From the NCBI RefSeq assembly GCF_006345805.1, contig NW_021833287.1, positions 13,339 to 77,338 of the forward strand: a stretch of 64,000 bases of DNA, in the 5' to 3' direction. Made by a program: the position numbers and the translations under genes. The notes under the pieces were generated by a model that was not told the DNA's origin, searched no databases, and saw nothing but the letters and a program-made list of their open reading frames with translations. This document shows positions 27,614 to 41,400 of this stretch, piece after piece (within the stretch, counting starts at the first letter, position 1; every line of letters begins with the position of its first letter). This stretch comes from Octopus sinensis. Taxonomy: Eukaryota.

Positions 27614-28620
27614 CATGTATACATATGTATGTAAGAACGCATGGATAAGTGAATATATGTATATCTGTATTTATAAATCAATACAGGTATGTGCATATTC
27701 GACAAAAAAGTTACGAGTTTTTCAAGGGCTGACAATTTCATGCATGCATAAGGTTAATACCATACCCTGAAGTAATTTATGTAGCTTTCTGCCAATTTAA
27801 AAGAAAACTATATGCATGCATGCATGTACGCAAGTATTTTAGATTAATGCCATCCTTTTTGCATCGGGTAGAAGATTGGGGGGGAGGGTATATAGATGGT
27901 TACTCCTACCTATAGCAATGGACATAGGAAAACTATTTGAAGAGGACACATGGTTAAGCAGAGTAGTACAGCAGAGATATAACTCCAGCATATACTCCAA
28001 GTCTGAGCACAGAAAGTAATAGTATAGACAGGAATGTTTGGCAATCATTATTCCCGGCTATCTCCGCCTGCAGCAGAGTACGCTCTAACACGAGATATTT
28101 GCCTCCATTTTACGAATCTATATTACTAGACATACCTCATGCTCGTTTCATCGGCCATACTCTCCCATACTGGTATGTTGGGTGAAGGTATTAATTTTTT
28201 GAAGTCTTCTTTCTCTTAGATTGATTGCTTTCACCGCTGCCAAAGAACTCAATTTATCCTTACAGACATGTATATAACTTACCGATGGGACCATGACATG
28301 TTCTACCATTCTTTATCAGTATGGGCCTTGGTAAAATGGTGTTTAAGGGATAACTCCACGCTCCCCAGGACTCCAGAACTACCTCACTGAAGTCTCACCA
28401 TTGGATGTAACATAATTCTGCCAACATTCGTATATTGTATTGAAAGAGGGATAATTATTTTCATAAGCCAAAAACGTTAGATACATTCTACCACATTTAT
28501 GAAATATCCTCAATATGGTCTGGTTAATTAGAATTTCTAATTAAAAAGTACTACTGCAAAGCAAAACCTAGCCTCATCATAGCTCCAGTAATTACACATT
28601 GTACGTCAGATTTTGCGTGC

Positions 28621-28790
28621 TTCCTATGGTACAACGTGAAGGGTCGTGGCTCAGTGGTTTGGGTGTTGCGCTTAAGATCATAAGATCGTGGTTTCGATGC
28701 TTGGATAAGGTGGTGCGTTCTATTCTTAAGCAAAAAAAAAATTCACATTGCTGCTGTCCACCCAGCTGTAAATTAGTGATCCGGCAACGT
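28621..28790 (+). mobile_element. Family 3 SINE
   Basis: GTGGCTCAGTGGTTTGGGTGTTG...GTGGTTTCGATGC...CACCCAGCTG. Confidence 0.55.
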
Positions 28791-28929
28791 ATTAGATTAC
28801 TAAAATCTCGGTCGCTTACTCACCAGAGAAACAGACTTTTTAAATCCTACCTTTAAAATACTATTTACATCCTGTTGTATATCTAGTATATATTTACGAA
28901 CAGCTGTATATTTTCAGAGAATGTGTAAA

Positions 28930-29047
28930 CGGCTTTTTTTCTGTCAGAATCGCTGGAGCGTTGAACTAAATGCTTCGAAGTGTTTATTCCAACTCTCTGG
29001 ACTCTGCGTTCAAATCTCTCCGAGGTCAACTCTGCCTTTTATCCCAA
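28930..29047 (+). mobile_element. Family 2 SINE fragment
   Basis: GCGTTCAAATCTCTCCGAGGTCAACTCTGCCTTTTATCC. Confidence 0.5.
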
Positions 29048-29416
29048 CGGTTCCTAGTTAAATGCTTGATTCACTAAGAACTATACTGTATTTATTGTGA
29101 CTCTTTTTCTTTCATGCAATATGTTACGATTTGAAGTTCAATTGATGTGCTGTTCTTGATAGTTCAAGAGACTGTATAGAGACTCGCTCGTTTGCTAGTT
29201 GTGTTGCTGCTATTTTCTCTTTGTTTTTGTGGTTGTTGTTGTTGTTGTTGCTAATTTTCTCTCAGTTTAGAGAAATTAGATTCTGCACTGTCTGATTAAA
29301 TCAACACTGATCAGAAATTTGTCTCTACGTAGAAGTTATTTGATAATATTGTTTCCTCGTGAGATTCTAGTCCTTCACATAACAGGGTAATCGCAAACAC
29401 ACACACACATATATAT

Positions 29417-29483
<67 letters not shown>

Positions 29484-29505
29484 CATATATATATATATAT
29501 ATGTA

Positions 29506-29536
<31 letters not shown>

Positions 29537-30643
29537 CATCACAAGTATATACATACATACATATATATATATATATGTGTGTGTGTGTAATCACAAGTGT
29601 ATACATTCACTCTGATGCACACACTCATACATGAAGTTAATACATGTTAAATATTTCTCATTTCCGCATATATATGTATATGTACCTAGATTTATTTACA
29701 TGTGTACGTCTGTATACATGGATGTAGGCATATATGTATACGTACATGGGTGTGTGTGCGTGTGCGCGCATACATGTATATGTTTGTATAAGCATATGTA
29801 TGTTAGTACGTATGTATACTGTATAGTTTTTATAGAACACATTTGATAATGTTTATTTACTGAATAACATACACCAGTATATATTAAGCTCTTACAGTAT
29901 GTACGTGTGTATGTGTGTATGTGTGTGGGAGAGAGAGAGAGAGAGAGAGAGAGAAAGAAAGGGAGTATATGTGTATGTATCTGTGGATCCATATTTACTT
30001 TTACACTCACACCTCAGACACATGCGATGTGTATTTGCGTATGGTTAATTCTCTTTATATATAATCATATATTAATAATTCTTAACTCCTCTTCTTAGAG
30101 ACTATTGTGTGATATCGATGTTTTTTATATGTCAGATAGCCTAAACTACTGGTCTCCATATCCGGTGCTATTAGAACAGGAACCTTGTGTCTCGTGGTGG
30201 TTCGTCCCTCTGGCGGTTAATTAGAGAGCATAGAATTGTTGGAGTAAATGCAGACCTTGGTCTAAGCAAGAACAAGTATTCCCGCTTTCATGCCAGGACA
30301 CTGTTGGATCAAGGTTTGCTTGAAGCTTCCCAGATGAAGGCAGACCTAAGGCTAAACAACGTGAGTGCATCAGCACTGATGACTCAGAAACACTGCGCTG
30401 ACTTGGCGTTATATAACAACTAAAATGAAAGTATGAGAGAGCTTTTACGACACAGTTCTGCCTTCTAGAAATAACAGAGAAACCTCTCAAATCTCTCTCA
30501 GATCATACACAATTGTCCATATTACGCAAGGGGCATACATACACATATATATATATATGTGTGTGTGTATGAATGTATATATATGTGTGTGTGTGTATGT
30601 ATATGTGTGTATATATATATATGTATCTGTGTGCGCACGTCTG

Positions 30644-30677
<34 letters not shown>

Positions 30678-30798
30678 CGTGTCTGTGTTTGTGTGTGTAT
30701 ATACTTACATACATATCTGCTTATATTTATATGCATAAATTGATATATATATGCATATATATACACACACACATATATATATATACATATATATATAT

Positions 30799-31059
30799 CT
30801 TCTTTCTTCTTCTTTTCTCCCGTCTGTCTTGATAGACAATGGGTCGCGCCAAGGGTGGGGCCTACTTTGATGATGAGCAGCGTCTGCTGTGACTGAACAG
30901 TCCAATTCTAGAGTGGCAGTCCCTGGTACAGTTGCTGCACACGAACATCGATGGGTACGTGTGGGGTGTTGCTGCAGTTGTCCTCCTCCTGTCCCGCCTG
31001 TCCGACCACAGCTGTGCTCTTCTTTCCTCAGCCATGGAAACGACTTTCCTCACTGTCCG

Positions 31060-31060
<1 letters not shown>
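30799..31060 (-). mobile_element. 5'-truncated RTE-clade LINE 3' end
   Basis: ORF 30862-31053 ends in FVCSNCTRDCHSRIGLFSHSRRC, the typical RTE C-terminal Cys/His motif. It is followed by a short 3' UTR and a (GAA)-like tail. Confidence 0.85.
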
Positions 31061-31095
<35 letters not shown>

Positions 31096-32064
31096 ATATA
31101 ATATATAATATATATATATATATACCTATATATATACATATATATATATATAAATAATATATTAAAAGTCAGTTTGAATCTTGCTTGCAATGTTACCCAG
31201 CCAATCTGGCGCATAATGGGAAAATACCATGAATTAAGAATACCCTGAAATGCTAATACGAACGGAATGAAACAAGTTTCACGTAAATCGGAGCATTAGT
31301 TATAGAGATATTTGGGGTTTGGGGAGGATAAACACCCAAAACAGTGCATAATGGGAAAATGTTCCGAATATAACTTCATTCTGAATGGGAAGAAAATCTA
31401 ACCTTTCGATCAGACGGTAATTTGACAACGAAAAAATACGAAGTTTTTTCTTCAAGTAAATGTTAAAGCTTTTGCTTTTGTTAAAAACAATACGTTAATC
31501 ATTTAGAAAAATGTTTAAGTGAATGTGATTTCAAAAAGTTAAGCTGCTTGCACAATAAATATTTATAATTTAGCTTTCTTTAAACTGAAAATATTTTAAT
31601 GTTTTTAAAATTATTTTCAAGTGATTACCATTACAAAAATACTTTTTGGTATATATAAAAATGTTTTAAAGTGAAAATGACTTTAAAAATACGGCAGATA
31701 TTTCGTAAAAGACCTGTTCGTAACCTCGGTGTGAAATAGTTTTTTCCATAGTTTGTTTCGAGTGCATTCAATATATCTCATCCCCACCAAAATTTGATTG
31801 CTATTTCTACCACGCGCTGCTACCACGTAACAGCTATTTGCGATAAAGGACCCGAAATATCTGTTACGTGGTAGCAAGTCGTACAAAAAATAATAGCCAA
31901 ATCTTTCTTTTTCTTGGGAAAGGAGCCGTTTACGCATGATTTCGATCTCACATTCGTTGAAAGCATGCGAAATAACCTGGGTAAGAAGAAAACCCACAAA
32001 ACAAAACTCTGTTCCTGAGAAACTCAGAGTTTCACAGTGACCCAATGGTTCACGGAATAGTCTA

Positions 32065-32163
<99 letters not shown>

Positions 32164-33139
32164 CATATATATATATTATATCAGGGTAGAAGAAAATTAT
32201 AATGTGGATTTGTTTAAGCTGCGCTTCACATTGCCGGAAATACTCACATCCTTGATTTCATGCTTCCTCCTCTGTGACACACATACAATGAGACATGTAG
32301 GATGCATTTATGAAACTGCAACGAATTTCCGCTCATCCAATTATAGTTTTGAGTGCGGCTTTCTGCAGCATGTCTATCATGCCTAGCCCTCTTCATCTGC
32401 TGGTTCAGGTGTTGAGATGTTTTACAATAATTGGCATGTTCACATTTAGGGGCTTTGGGAGTTGGTCAGGATTATCCTGCGTCCTTGTCTTTGATTTTGA
32501 CGCCAAGGGTGGTCCTACCAGGATTTAGGATTCCTGACTGCTCCGCTCTCTGTGTCACTGGTTCACGCAAAACCCTCCACCACGACAAGGTGCGGCCATA
32601 CTAGCATTAAAGACCCGTCGTTGCCGGGTCATAGTGCTAGTGCATGTATATATGTGTATATATATATGTGTGTGTGTACATATTACATGTACATCTATAT
32701 ATATACATCTACACATAAAATGCAAAATACAAAGTTATATCTTGATATCGCTAGTGATAACAATACTCAAAATATATAACAGACTGGAATTGTTAGCTCT
32801 TCTTTTTTTCTCTACATTGTATACTTTATAGACAATAGTCTTTTCTTTAATTTAATTTTTTATTATCCATCTGGACTATTCCATTTCTACACGCTAATTA
32901 TATTTTTAATTTATTCCCATTCATGTGAAACCACTTTTTCAAGTTCAAATTATTGATGCAAATTTATGCCAATTGCTATTTTTACTTTTGTATGTTACGA
33001 TTATATTATACCTTAGTTTGATTTTAATTATTACTTACTACATATAATTCAATTGTTATTATTATTTTTATTGTTAAAGTGAAAGCATCTGACATAAAAT
33101 AGAGAAATATTTTTGTTTCACTTTTAACACGTAATACTG

Positions 33140-33483
33140 AAATAGCGGAGAAGATATGATATTGCTATGGCTCGCTCTATGCAAGAAGTTGAACATTTTT
33201 TTTTGCCCATGAAACTACATGGACCCTAGGTAAGGCATGTGTAAAATTTGAATGAAATTGGTTGCGTAGTTCTCAAGTTTTAGGGAATCGTAGTGGAGAT
33301 GATATGATATCGCTGTGGGCTCGCCCTAGGCAAAAAGTTAAATTTTTTTGCCGATGACACTCCCCGGACCCTAAGTAAGGCATGAGTAAAATTTGAAAGA
33401 AATTGGTTGTGTAGTTCTCAAGTTTTAGGGAAGCACACAGACAGACAGACACACACACATTCTCAGTTTTATATATATAAAGA
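33140..33483 (-). mobile_element. Helitron-like non-autonomous element, 5' part, with internal ~148-bp duplication
   Basis: Minus strand begins A|TCTTTATATATATAAAACTGAG followed by (GT)/(GTCT) repeats. Internal units run 33147-33287 and 33295-33432. No 3' CTRR end was found. Confidence 0.45.
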
Positions 33484-33565
33484 TTATATCATATTATCTT
33501 ATTATCTGTTACCTTTGAAGAGCTTTGTGCCTAACATAGAAAGGATTATTATTATTAAGCGACGA

Positions 33566-33940
33566 AAGGCGGCAAGCTGGCAGAATCATTAGCACGTCGG
33601 AGAAAATGCTTAGCGGCATTTTGTGCGTTCTTGGTTTTGGGTTCAAATTCGGCCGACATTGCCTTTCAGTCATTCGATTCCGATAAAATAGGTACCAGTT
33701 GAACTGGCCTTGTGCCAAAACTTGATACCATTATTAAGGGGACGAGCTAGCAGAACTATTAACACGCCGGCGTTTCGTTCGTCTTTCAGTTTGGGTTGAA
33801 ATTCTACGATGGTCGACTTTGCCTTTCAACTGTTCGGTACCGATAAAGTAAGTACCAGTCGAGTGGTGGAGTCGTTTAACCCCCATCCTCTCACGTACAC
33901 CAAAATTTCAGGCTTTGTCCCGATAATAGGAAGTATCATT
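33566..33940 (+). mobile_element. Two tandem family 2 SINEs
   Basis: Heads at 33566 and ~33736, each followed by the central domain. Confidence 0.75.
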
Positions 33941-34126
33941 ATTGTTATATCATTATATTCTATTTATCTTTCGAATTATTATAGATCAGTAATGTTTATG
34001 TATGAATTTCTCATATTGATTCGATTCCATTTACATATTAATTCGTACTTAATTATTCATAAATCAACCACACACACACACACACACATACTATATATAT
34101 ATGTGTGTGTGTGAGTGTGCGTGTGT

Positions 34127-34984
<858 letters not shown>

Positions 34985-35408
34985 GTGTATGTATGTATGC
35001 ATATTTCCGATTCATTCTTTCAATCTAAGTCTTTATATCTCTTTACATAAAACTAGAAGCTCTCTCTCTCTCTCTCTCACTCTCTCTCTCCTCTATTTAT
35101 CTATCTCTATCTATCTATCTATCTATCTATCTCTCTCTCTCTCTATCTCTCCCTATCTCTATCTCGCACATACACATACACACACACCACAGAGCTGATG
35201 AAAATTGGTGAATAAAAATCAATTTGCATCAGAACTAAAGTGATTTAGTGATTTCTTGTGTATATTCTTATATTTTATAGAATAAAGTATCTGAAACTTT
35301 ACACATAAATACATACGTACGTGTGCGTTTGTTTGTGTTTGTGTGTGTGTGTGTGTGTGTAATAAAACTTTGCTTTCTTTTGTTCTTATGATTTTGGACA
35401 AAACAAAG

Positions 35409-38400
35409 AAATGTCCATTTCCAGAGAGGGAGATTTGAGAGGTGAAGGGGAGGAAGGGGAGGGAGGAATGTTGAACATTCCAGAGAGGGGGATTTGAGAG
35501 GAGAAGGGGAGGAAGGGGAGGAAGGATTGTTGAACATTCCAGAGGGGGATTTTAGAGGAGAAGGGAAGGAAGGGGAGGAGGAATGTTGAACATTCCAGAG
35601 AGGGGGATTTGAGAGGAGAAGGGGGGAGGAAGGGGAGGAAGGATTGTTGAACATTCCGAGAGGGGGATTTAGAGAAGAGAAGAGAAGGGGAGGAAGGGGA
35701 GGGAGGGAAGTTGAACATTCCAGAGAAGGGATTTGAGAGGAGAAGGGGAGGAAGGGGAGGGAGGAATGTTGAACATTCCAGAGAGGGGGATTTGAGAGAA
35801 GGGGAGGAAGGGGAGGAAGGATTGTTGAACATTCCAGAGAGGGGGATTTTAGAGGAGAAGGGGGGGAAGGGGAGGGAGGAATGTTGAACATTCCAGAGAG
35901 GGGGATTTGAGAGGAGAAGGGGAGGAAGGGGAGGAAGGATTGTTGAACATTCCAGAGAGGGGGATTTTAGAGGAGAACGGGAGGAAGGGGAGGGAGGAAT
36001 GTTGAAACATTCCAGAGAGGGGGATTTGAGAGGAGAAGGGGAGGAGGGGAGGGAGGAATGTTGAACATTCCAGAGAGGGGGATTTGAGAGGAGAAGGGGA
36101 GGAAGGGGAGGAGGAATGTTGAACATTCCAGAGAGGGGATTTTAGAGGAGAAGGGGAGGAAGGGGAGGGAGGAATGTTGACATTCCAGAGAGGGGGATTT
36201 GAGAGGAGAAGGGGAGGAAGGGGAGGAAGGATGTTGAACATTCCAGAGAGGGGGATTTTAGAGGAGAGGGGAGGAAGGGGGGAGGAATGTTGAACATTCC
36301 AGAGAGGATGATTTGAGAGGAGAAGGGGAGGAAGGGAGGAGAGGAATGTTGAACATTCCAGAGAGGGGGATTTTAGAGGAGAAGGGGAGGAAGGGGAGGG
36401 AGGAATGTTGTGAACATTCCAGAGAGGGGGATTTGAGAGGAGAAGGGGAGGAAGGGGAGAAGGATTGTTGAACATTCCAGAGAGGGGGATTTTAGAGGAG
36501 AAGGGGAGGAAGGGGAGGGAGGAATGTTGAACATTCCAGAGAGGGGGATTTGAGAGGAGAAGGGAGGAAGGGGAGGAAGAATGTGAACATTCCAGAGAGG
36601 GGGATTTTAGAGGAGAAGGAGAGGAAGGGGAGGGAGGAATGTTGAACATTCCAGAGAGGGGGATTTGAGAGGAGAAGGGGAGGAAGGGGGGAGAGGAAGG
36701 GGGGGAGGAATGTTGAACATTCCAGAGAGGGGGATTTGAGAGGAGAAGGGGAGGAAGGGGGGAGGAAGGATTGTTGAACATTCCAGAGAGGGGGGATTTT
36801 TTAGAGGAGAAGGGGGGAAGGGGAGGGAGGAATGTTGAACATTCCAGAGAGGGGGATTTGAGAGGAGAAGGAGAGGAAGGGGAGGAGGAATGTTGAACAT
36901 CCAGAGAGGGGATTTGAGAGGAGAAGGGGAGGAAGGGAGGAAGGAATGTTGAACATTCCAGAGAGGGGGATTTTAGAGAGGAGAAGGGGAGGAAGGGAGG
37001 GAGGAATGTTGAACATTCCAGAGAGGGGGATTTGAGAGGAGAAGGGGAGGAAGGGGAGGAGGATTGTTGAACATTCCAGAGAGGGAGATTTTAGAGGAGA
37101 AGGGGAGGAAGGGGAGGGAGGAATGTTGAACATTCCAGAGAGGGGGATTTGAGAGGAGAAGGGGAGGAAGGGGAGGATGGATTGTTGAACATTCCAGAGA
37201 GGGGGATTTTAGAGGAGAAGGGGAGGGAAGGGGAGGAAGGAGGGATGAGGAAGGAATGTTGAACATTCCAGAGAGGGGGATTGAGAGGAGAAGGGGAGGA
37301 AGGGGAGGGAGGAATGTTGAACATTCCAGAGAGGGGGATTTGAGAGGAGAAGGGGAGGAAGGGGAGAAGGATTGTTGAACATTCCAGAGAGGGGATTTAG
37401 AGGAGAAGGAGAGGAAGGGGAGGGAGGAATGTTGAACATTCCAGAGAGGGGGATTTGAGAGGAGAAGGGGAGGAAGGGGAGGGAGGAATGTTGAACATTC
37501 CAGAGAGGGGGATTTGAGAGGAGAAGGGGAGGAAGGGGAGGAAGGATGTTGAACATTCCAGAGAGGGGGATTTAGAGGAGAAGGGGAGGAAGGGGAGGGA
37601 GGAATGTTGAACATTCCAGAGAGGGGGATTTGAGAGGAGAAGGGGAGGAAGGGGAGGGAGGAATGTTGAACATTCCAGAGAGGGGGATTTGAGAGGAGAA
37701 GGGGAGGAAGGGGAGGAAGGATTGTTGAACATTCCAGAGAGGGGGATTTTAGAGGAGAAGGGGAGGAAGGGGAGGGAGGAATGTTGAACATTCCAGAGAG
37801 GGGGATTTGAGAGGAGAAGGGAGGAAGGGGAGGAAGGATTGTTGAACATTCCAGAGAGGGGGATTTTAGAGGAGAAGGGGAGGAAGGGGAGGGAGGAATG
37901 TTGAACATTCCAGAGAGGGGGATTTGAGAGGAGAATGGGAGGAAGGGGAGGAAGGAATGTTGAACATTCCAGAGAGGGGGATTTTAGAGGAGAAGGGGAG
38001 GAAGGAAGGGGGGAGGAAGGTGTGAACATTCCAGAGAGGGGGATTTGAGAGGTGAAGGGGAGGAAGGGGAGAAAGGAATGTTGAACATTCCAGAGAGGGG
38101 GATTTGAGAGGAGAATGGGAGGAAGGTGTGGAAGGAATGTTGAACATTCCAGAGAGGGGGATTTTAGAGGAGAAGGGGAGGAAGGGGAGGGAGGAATGTT
38201 GAACATTCCAGAGAGGGGGATTTGAGAGGAGAAGGGGAGGAAGGGGAGGAAGGATTGTTGAACATTCCAGAGAGGGGGATTAGAGGAGAAGGGGAGGAAG
38301 GGGAGGAAGGGGAGGGAGGAATGTTGAACATTCCAGAGAGGGGGATTTGAGAGGAGAAGGGGAGGAAGGGGAGGAAGGAATGTTGAACATTCCAGAGAGG

Positions 38401-41400
38401 GGGATTTTAGAGGAGAAGGGGAGGAAGGAAGGGGAGGGGAATGTTGAACATTCCAGAGAGGGGATTTGAGAGGAGAAGGGGAGGAAGTGGAGGGAGGGAA
38501 TGTTGAACATTCCAGAGAGGGGGATTTGAGAGGAGAAGGGGAGGAAGGGGAGAAGGAATGTTGAACATTCCAGAGAGGGGGATTTGAGAGGAGAAGGGGA
38601 GGAAGGGGGGGGAGGAATGTTGAACATTCCAGAGAGGGGGATTTGAGAGGTGAAGGGGAGGAAGGGGAGAAAGGAATGTTGAACATTCCAGAGAGGGGGA
38701 TTTGAGAGGAGAAGGGGAGGAAGGGAGGAAGGATTGTTGAACATTCCAGAGAGGGGGATTTTAGAGGAGAAGGGGAGGAAGGGAGGGAGGAATGTTGAAC
38801 ATTCCAGAGAGGGGGATTTGAGAGGAGAGGGGAGGAGAGGAAGGGAGAGGAGGATGTTGAACATTCCAGAGAGGGGGATTTTAGAGGAGAAGGGGAGGAA
38901 GGGGAGGGAGGATTGTTGAACATTCCAGAGAGGGGGATTTGAGAGGAGAAGGGGAGGAAGGGGAGGAAGGATTGTTGAACATTCCAGAGAGGGGGATTTT
39001 AGAGGAGAAGGGAGGGAGGAATGTTGAACATTCCAGAGAGGGGGATTTTAGAGGAGAAGGGGAGGAAGGGGAGGGAGGAATGTTGAACATTCCAGAGAGG
39101 GGGATTTAGAGGAGAAGGGGAGGAAGGGGAGGAAGGATTGTTGAACATTCCAGAGAGGGGGATTTTAGAGAGAGAAGGGGAGGAAGGGGAGGGAGGAATG
39201 TTGAACATTCCAGAGAGGGGGATTTGAGAGGAGAAGGGGAGGAAGGGAGGAGGATTGTTGAACATTCCAGAGAGGGGGATTTGAGAGGAGAAGGGGGGAG
39301 GAGGGGAGGGAGGAATGTTCAACATTCCAGAGAGGGGGATTTGAGAGAAGGGAGGAGGGGGGAGGAAATTGTTGAACATTCCAGAGAGGGGGATTTTAGA
39401 GGAGAAGGGGAGGAAGGGGAGGGAGGAATGTTGAACATTCCAGAGAGGGGGATTTGAGGGAGAAGGGGAGGAAGGGAGGGAGGAGGATGTTGAACATTCC
39501 AGAGAGGGGGATTTGAGAGGAGAAGGGGAGGAAGGGGAGGAAGGAATGTTGAACATTCCAGAGAGGGGGATTTAGAGGAGAAGGGGAGGAAGGGGAGGGA
39601 GGAATGTTGAACATTCCAGAGAGGGGGATTTGAGAGGAGGGGAAGGAGGAAGGGGGGGAGGAATGTTGAACATTCCAGAGAGGGGGATTTGAGAGGAGAA
39701 GGGGGGAAGGGGAGGAGGAGGATTGTTGAACATTCCAGAGAGGGGGATTTGAGAGGAGAAGGGGAGGGAGGAAGGAATGTTGAACATTCCAGAGAGGGGG
39801 ATTTGAGAGGAGAAGGGGAGGAGGAGAGGAGGGGAGGAGGATTGTTGAACATTCCAGAGAGGGGATTTTAGAGGAGAAGGGGAGGAAGGGGAGGGAGGAA
39901 TGTTGAACATTCCAGAGAGGGGGATTTGAGAGGAGAAGGGAGGAAGGGGAGGAGGAATGTTGAACATTCCAGAGAGGGGGATTTGAGAGGAGAAGGGGAG
40001 GAAGGGGAGGAAGGAATGTTGAACATTCCAGAGAGGGGGATTTTAGAGGAGAAGGGGAGGAAGGGGAGGGAGGAATGTTGAACATTCCAGAGAGGGGGAT
40101 TTGAGAGGAGAAGGGGAGGAAGGGGAGGAAGGATTGTTGAACATTCAGAGAGGGGGATTTGGAGGAGAAGGGGAGGAAGGGGAGGGAGGAATGTTGAACA
40201 TTCCAGAGAGGGGATTTGAGAGGAGAAGGGGAGGAAGGGGAGGGAGGAATGTTGAACATTCCAGAGAGGGGGATTTTAGAGGAGAAGGGGAGGAGGGGAG
40301 GGAGGAATGTTGAACATTCCAGAGAGGGGGATTGAGAGGAGAAGGGGGGGAGGAAGGGGAGGAAGGTTGTTGAACATTCCAGAGAGGGGGATTTTAGAGG
40401 AGAAGGGGAGGAAGGGGAGGGAGGAATGTTGAACATTCCAGAGAGGGGATTTGAGAGGAGAAGGGAGGAAGGGGAGGAAGGAATGTTGAACATTCCAGAG
40501 AGGGGGATTTGAGAGGAGAAGGGGAGGAAGGGGAGAAGGATTGTTGAACATTCCAGAGAGGGGATTTTAGAGGAGAAGGGGAGGAAGGGGAGGGAGGAAT
40601 GTTGAACATTCCAGAGAGAGGGGATTTGAGAGGAGAAGGGGAGGAAGGGGAGGAAGGATTGTTGAACATTCCAGAGAGGGGGATTTTAGAGGAGAAGGGG
40701 AGGAAGGGGAGGGAGGAATGTTGAACATTCCAGAGAGGGGGATTTGAGAGGAGAAGGGGAGGAAGGGGAGGAGGAGGAATGTTGAACATTCCAGAGAGGG
40801 AGATTTTAGAGGAGAAGGGGAGGAAGGGGAGGGAGGAATGTTGAACATTCCAGAGAGGGGGATTTGAGAGGAGAAGGGGAGGAAGGGGAGGAAGGATTGT
40901 TGAACATTCCAGAGAGGGGGATTTTAGAGGAGAAGGGGAGGAAGGGGGGAGGAATGTTGAACATTCCAGAGAGGGGGATTTGAGAGGAGAAGGGGAGGAA
41001 GGGGAGGGAGGAATGTTGAACATTCCAGAGAGGGGGATTTGAGGAGGGGAAGGGGAGGAGGATTGTTGAACATTCCAGAGAGGGGGATTTTAGAGGAGAG
41101 AAAGGGAGGAAGGGGAGGGAGGAATGTTGAACATTCCAGAGAGGGGGATTTGAGAGGGAAGGGGAGGAAGGGGAGGAAGGAATGTTGAACATTCCAGAGA
41201 GGGGGGTTTAGAGGAGAAGGGGAGGAAGGGGAGGGAGAATGTTGAACATTCCAGAGAGGGGGATTTGAGAGGTGAAGGGGAGGAAGGGGAGGAGAAGGAA
41301 TGTTGAACATTCCAGAGAGGGGGATTTGAGAGGAGAATGGGAGGAAGGGGTGGAAGGAATGTTGAACATTCCAGAGAGGGGGATTTTAGAGGAGAAGGGG

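Noticed and set aside
30371-30402. CTGATGA-CTCA-GAAAC hammerhead-like string
   Set aside because: No pairable stem II and no NUH triplet in register.
32030-32050. CACAGTG (RSS/Transib-like heptamer)
   Set aside because: No partner end or transposase, and a 7-mer is expected by chance in 64 kb.
32495-32525. GCCAAGGGTGG..CCTAC shared with the RTE 3' UTR at ~30847
   Set aside because: Too short to establish homology, and the surrounding sequence does not align.
35195-35237. CTGATGA-initiated hairpin just upstream of the satellite
   Set aside because: A simple inverted repeat with no GAAA core. Single occurrence.
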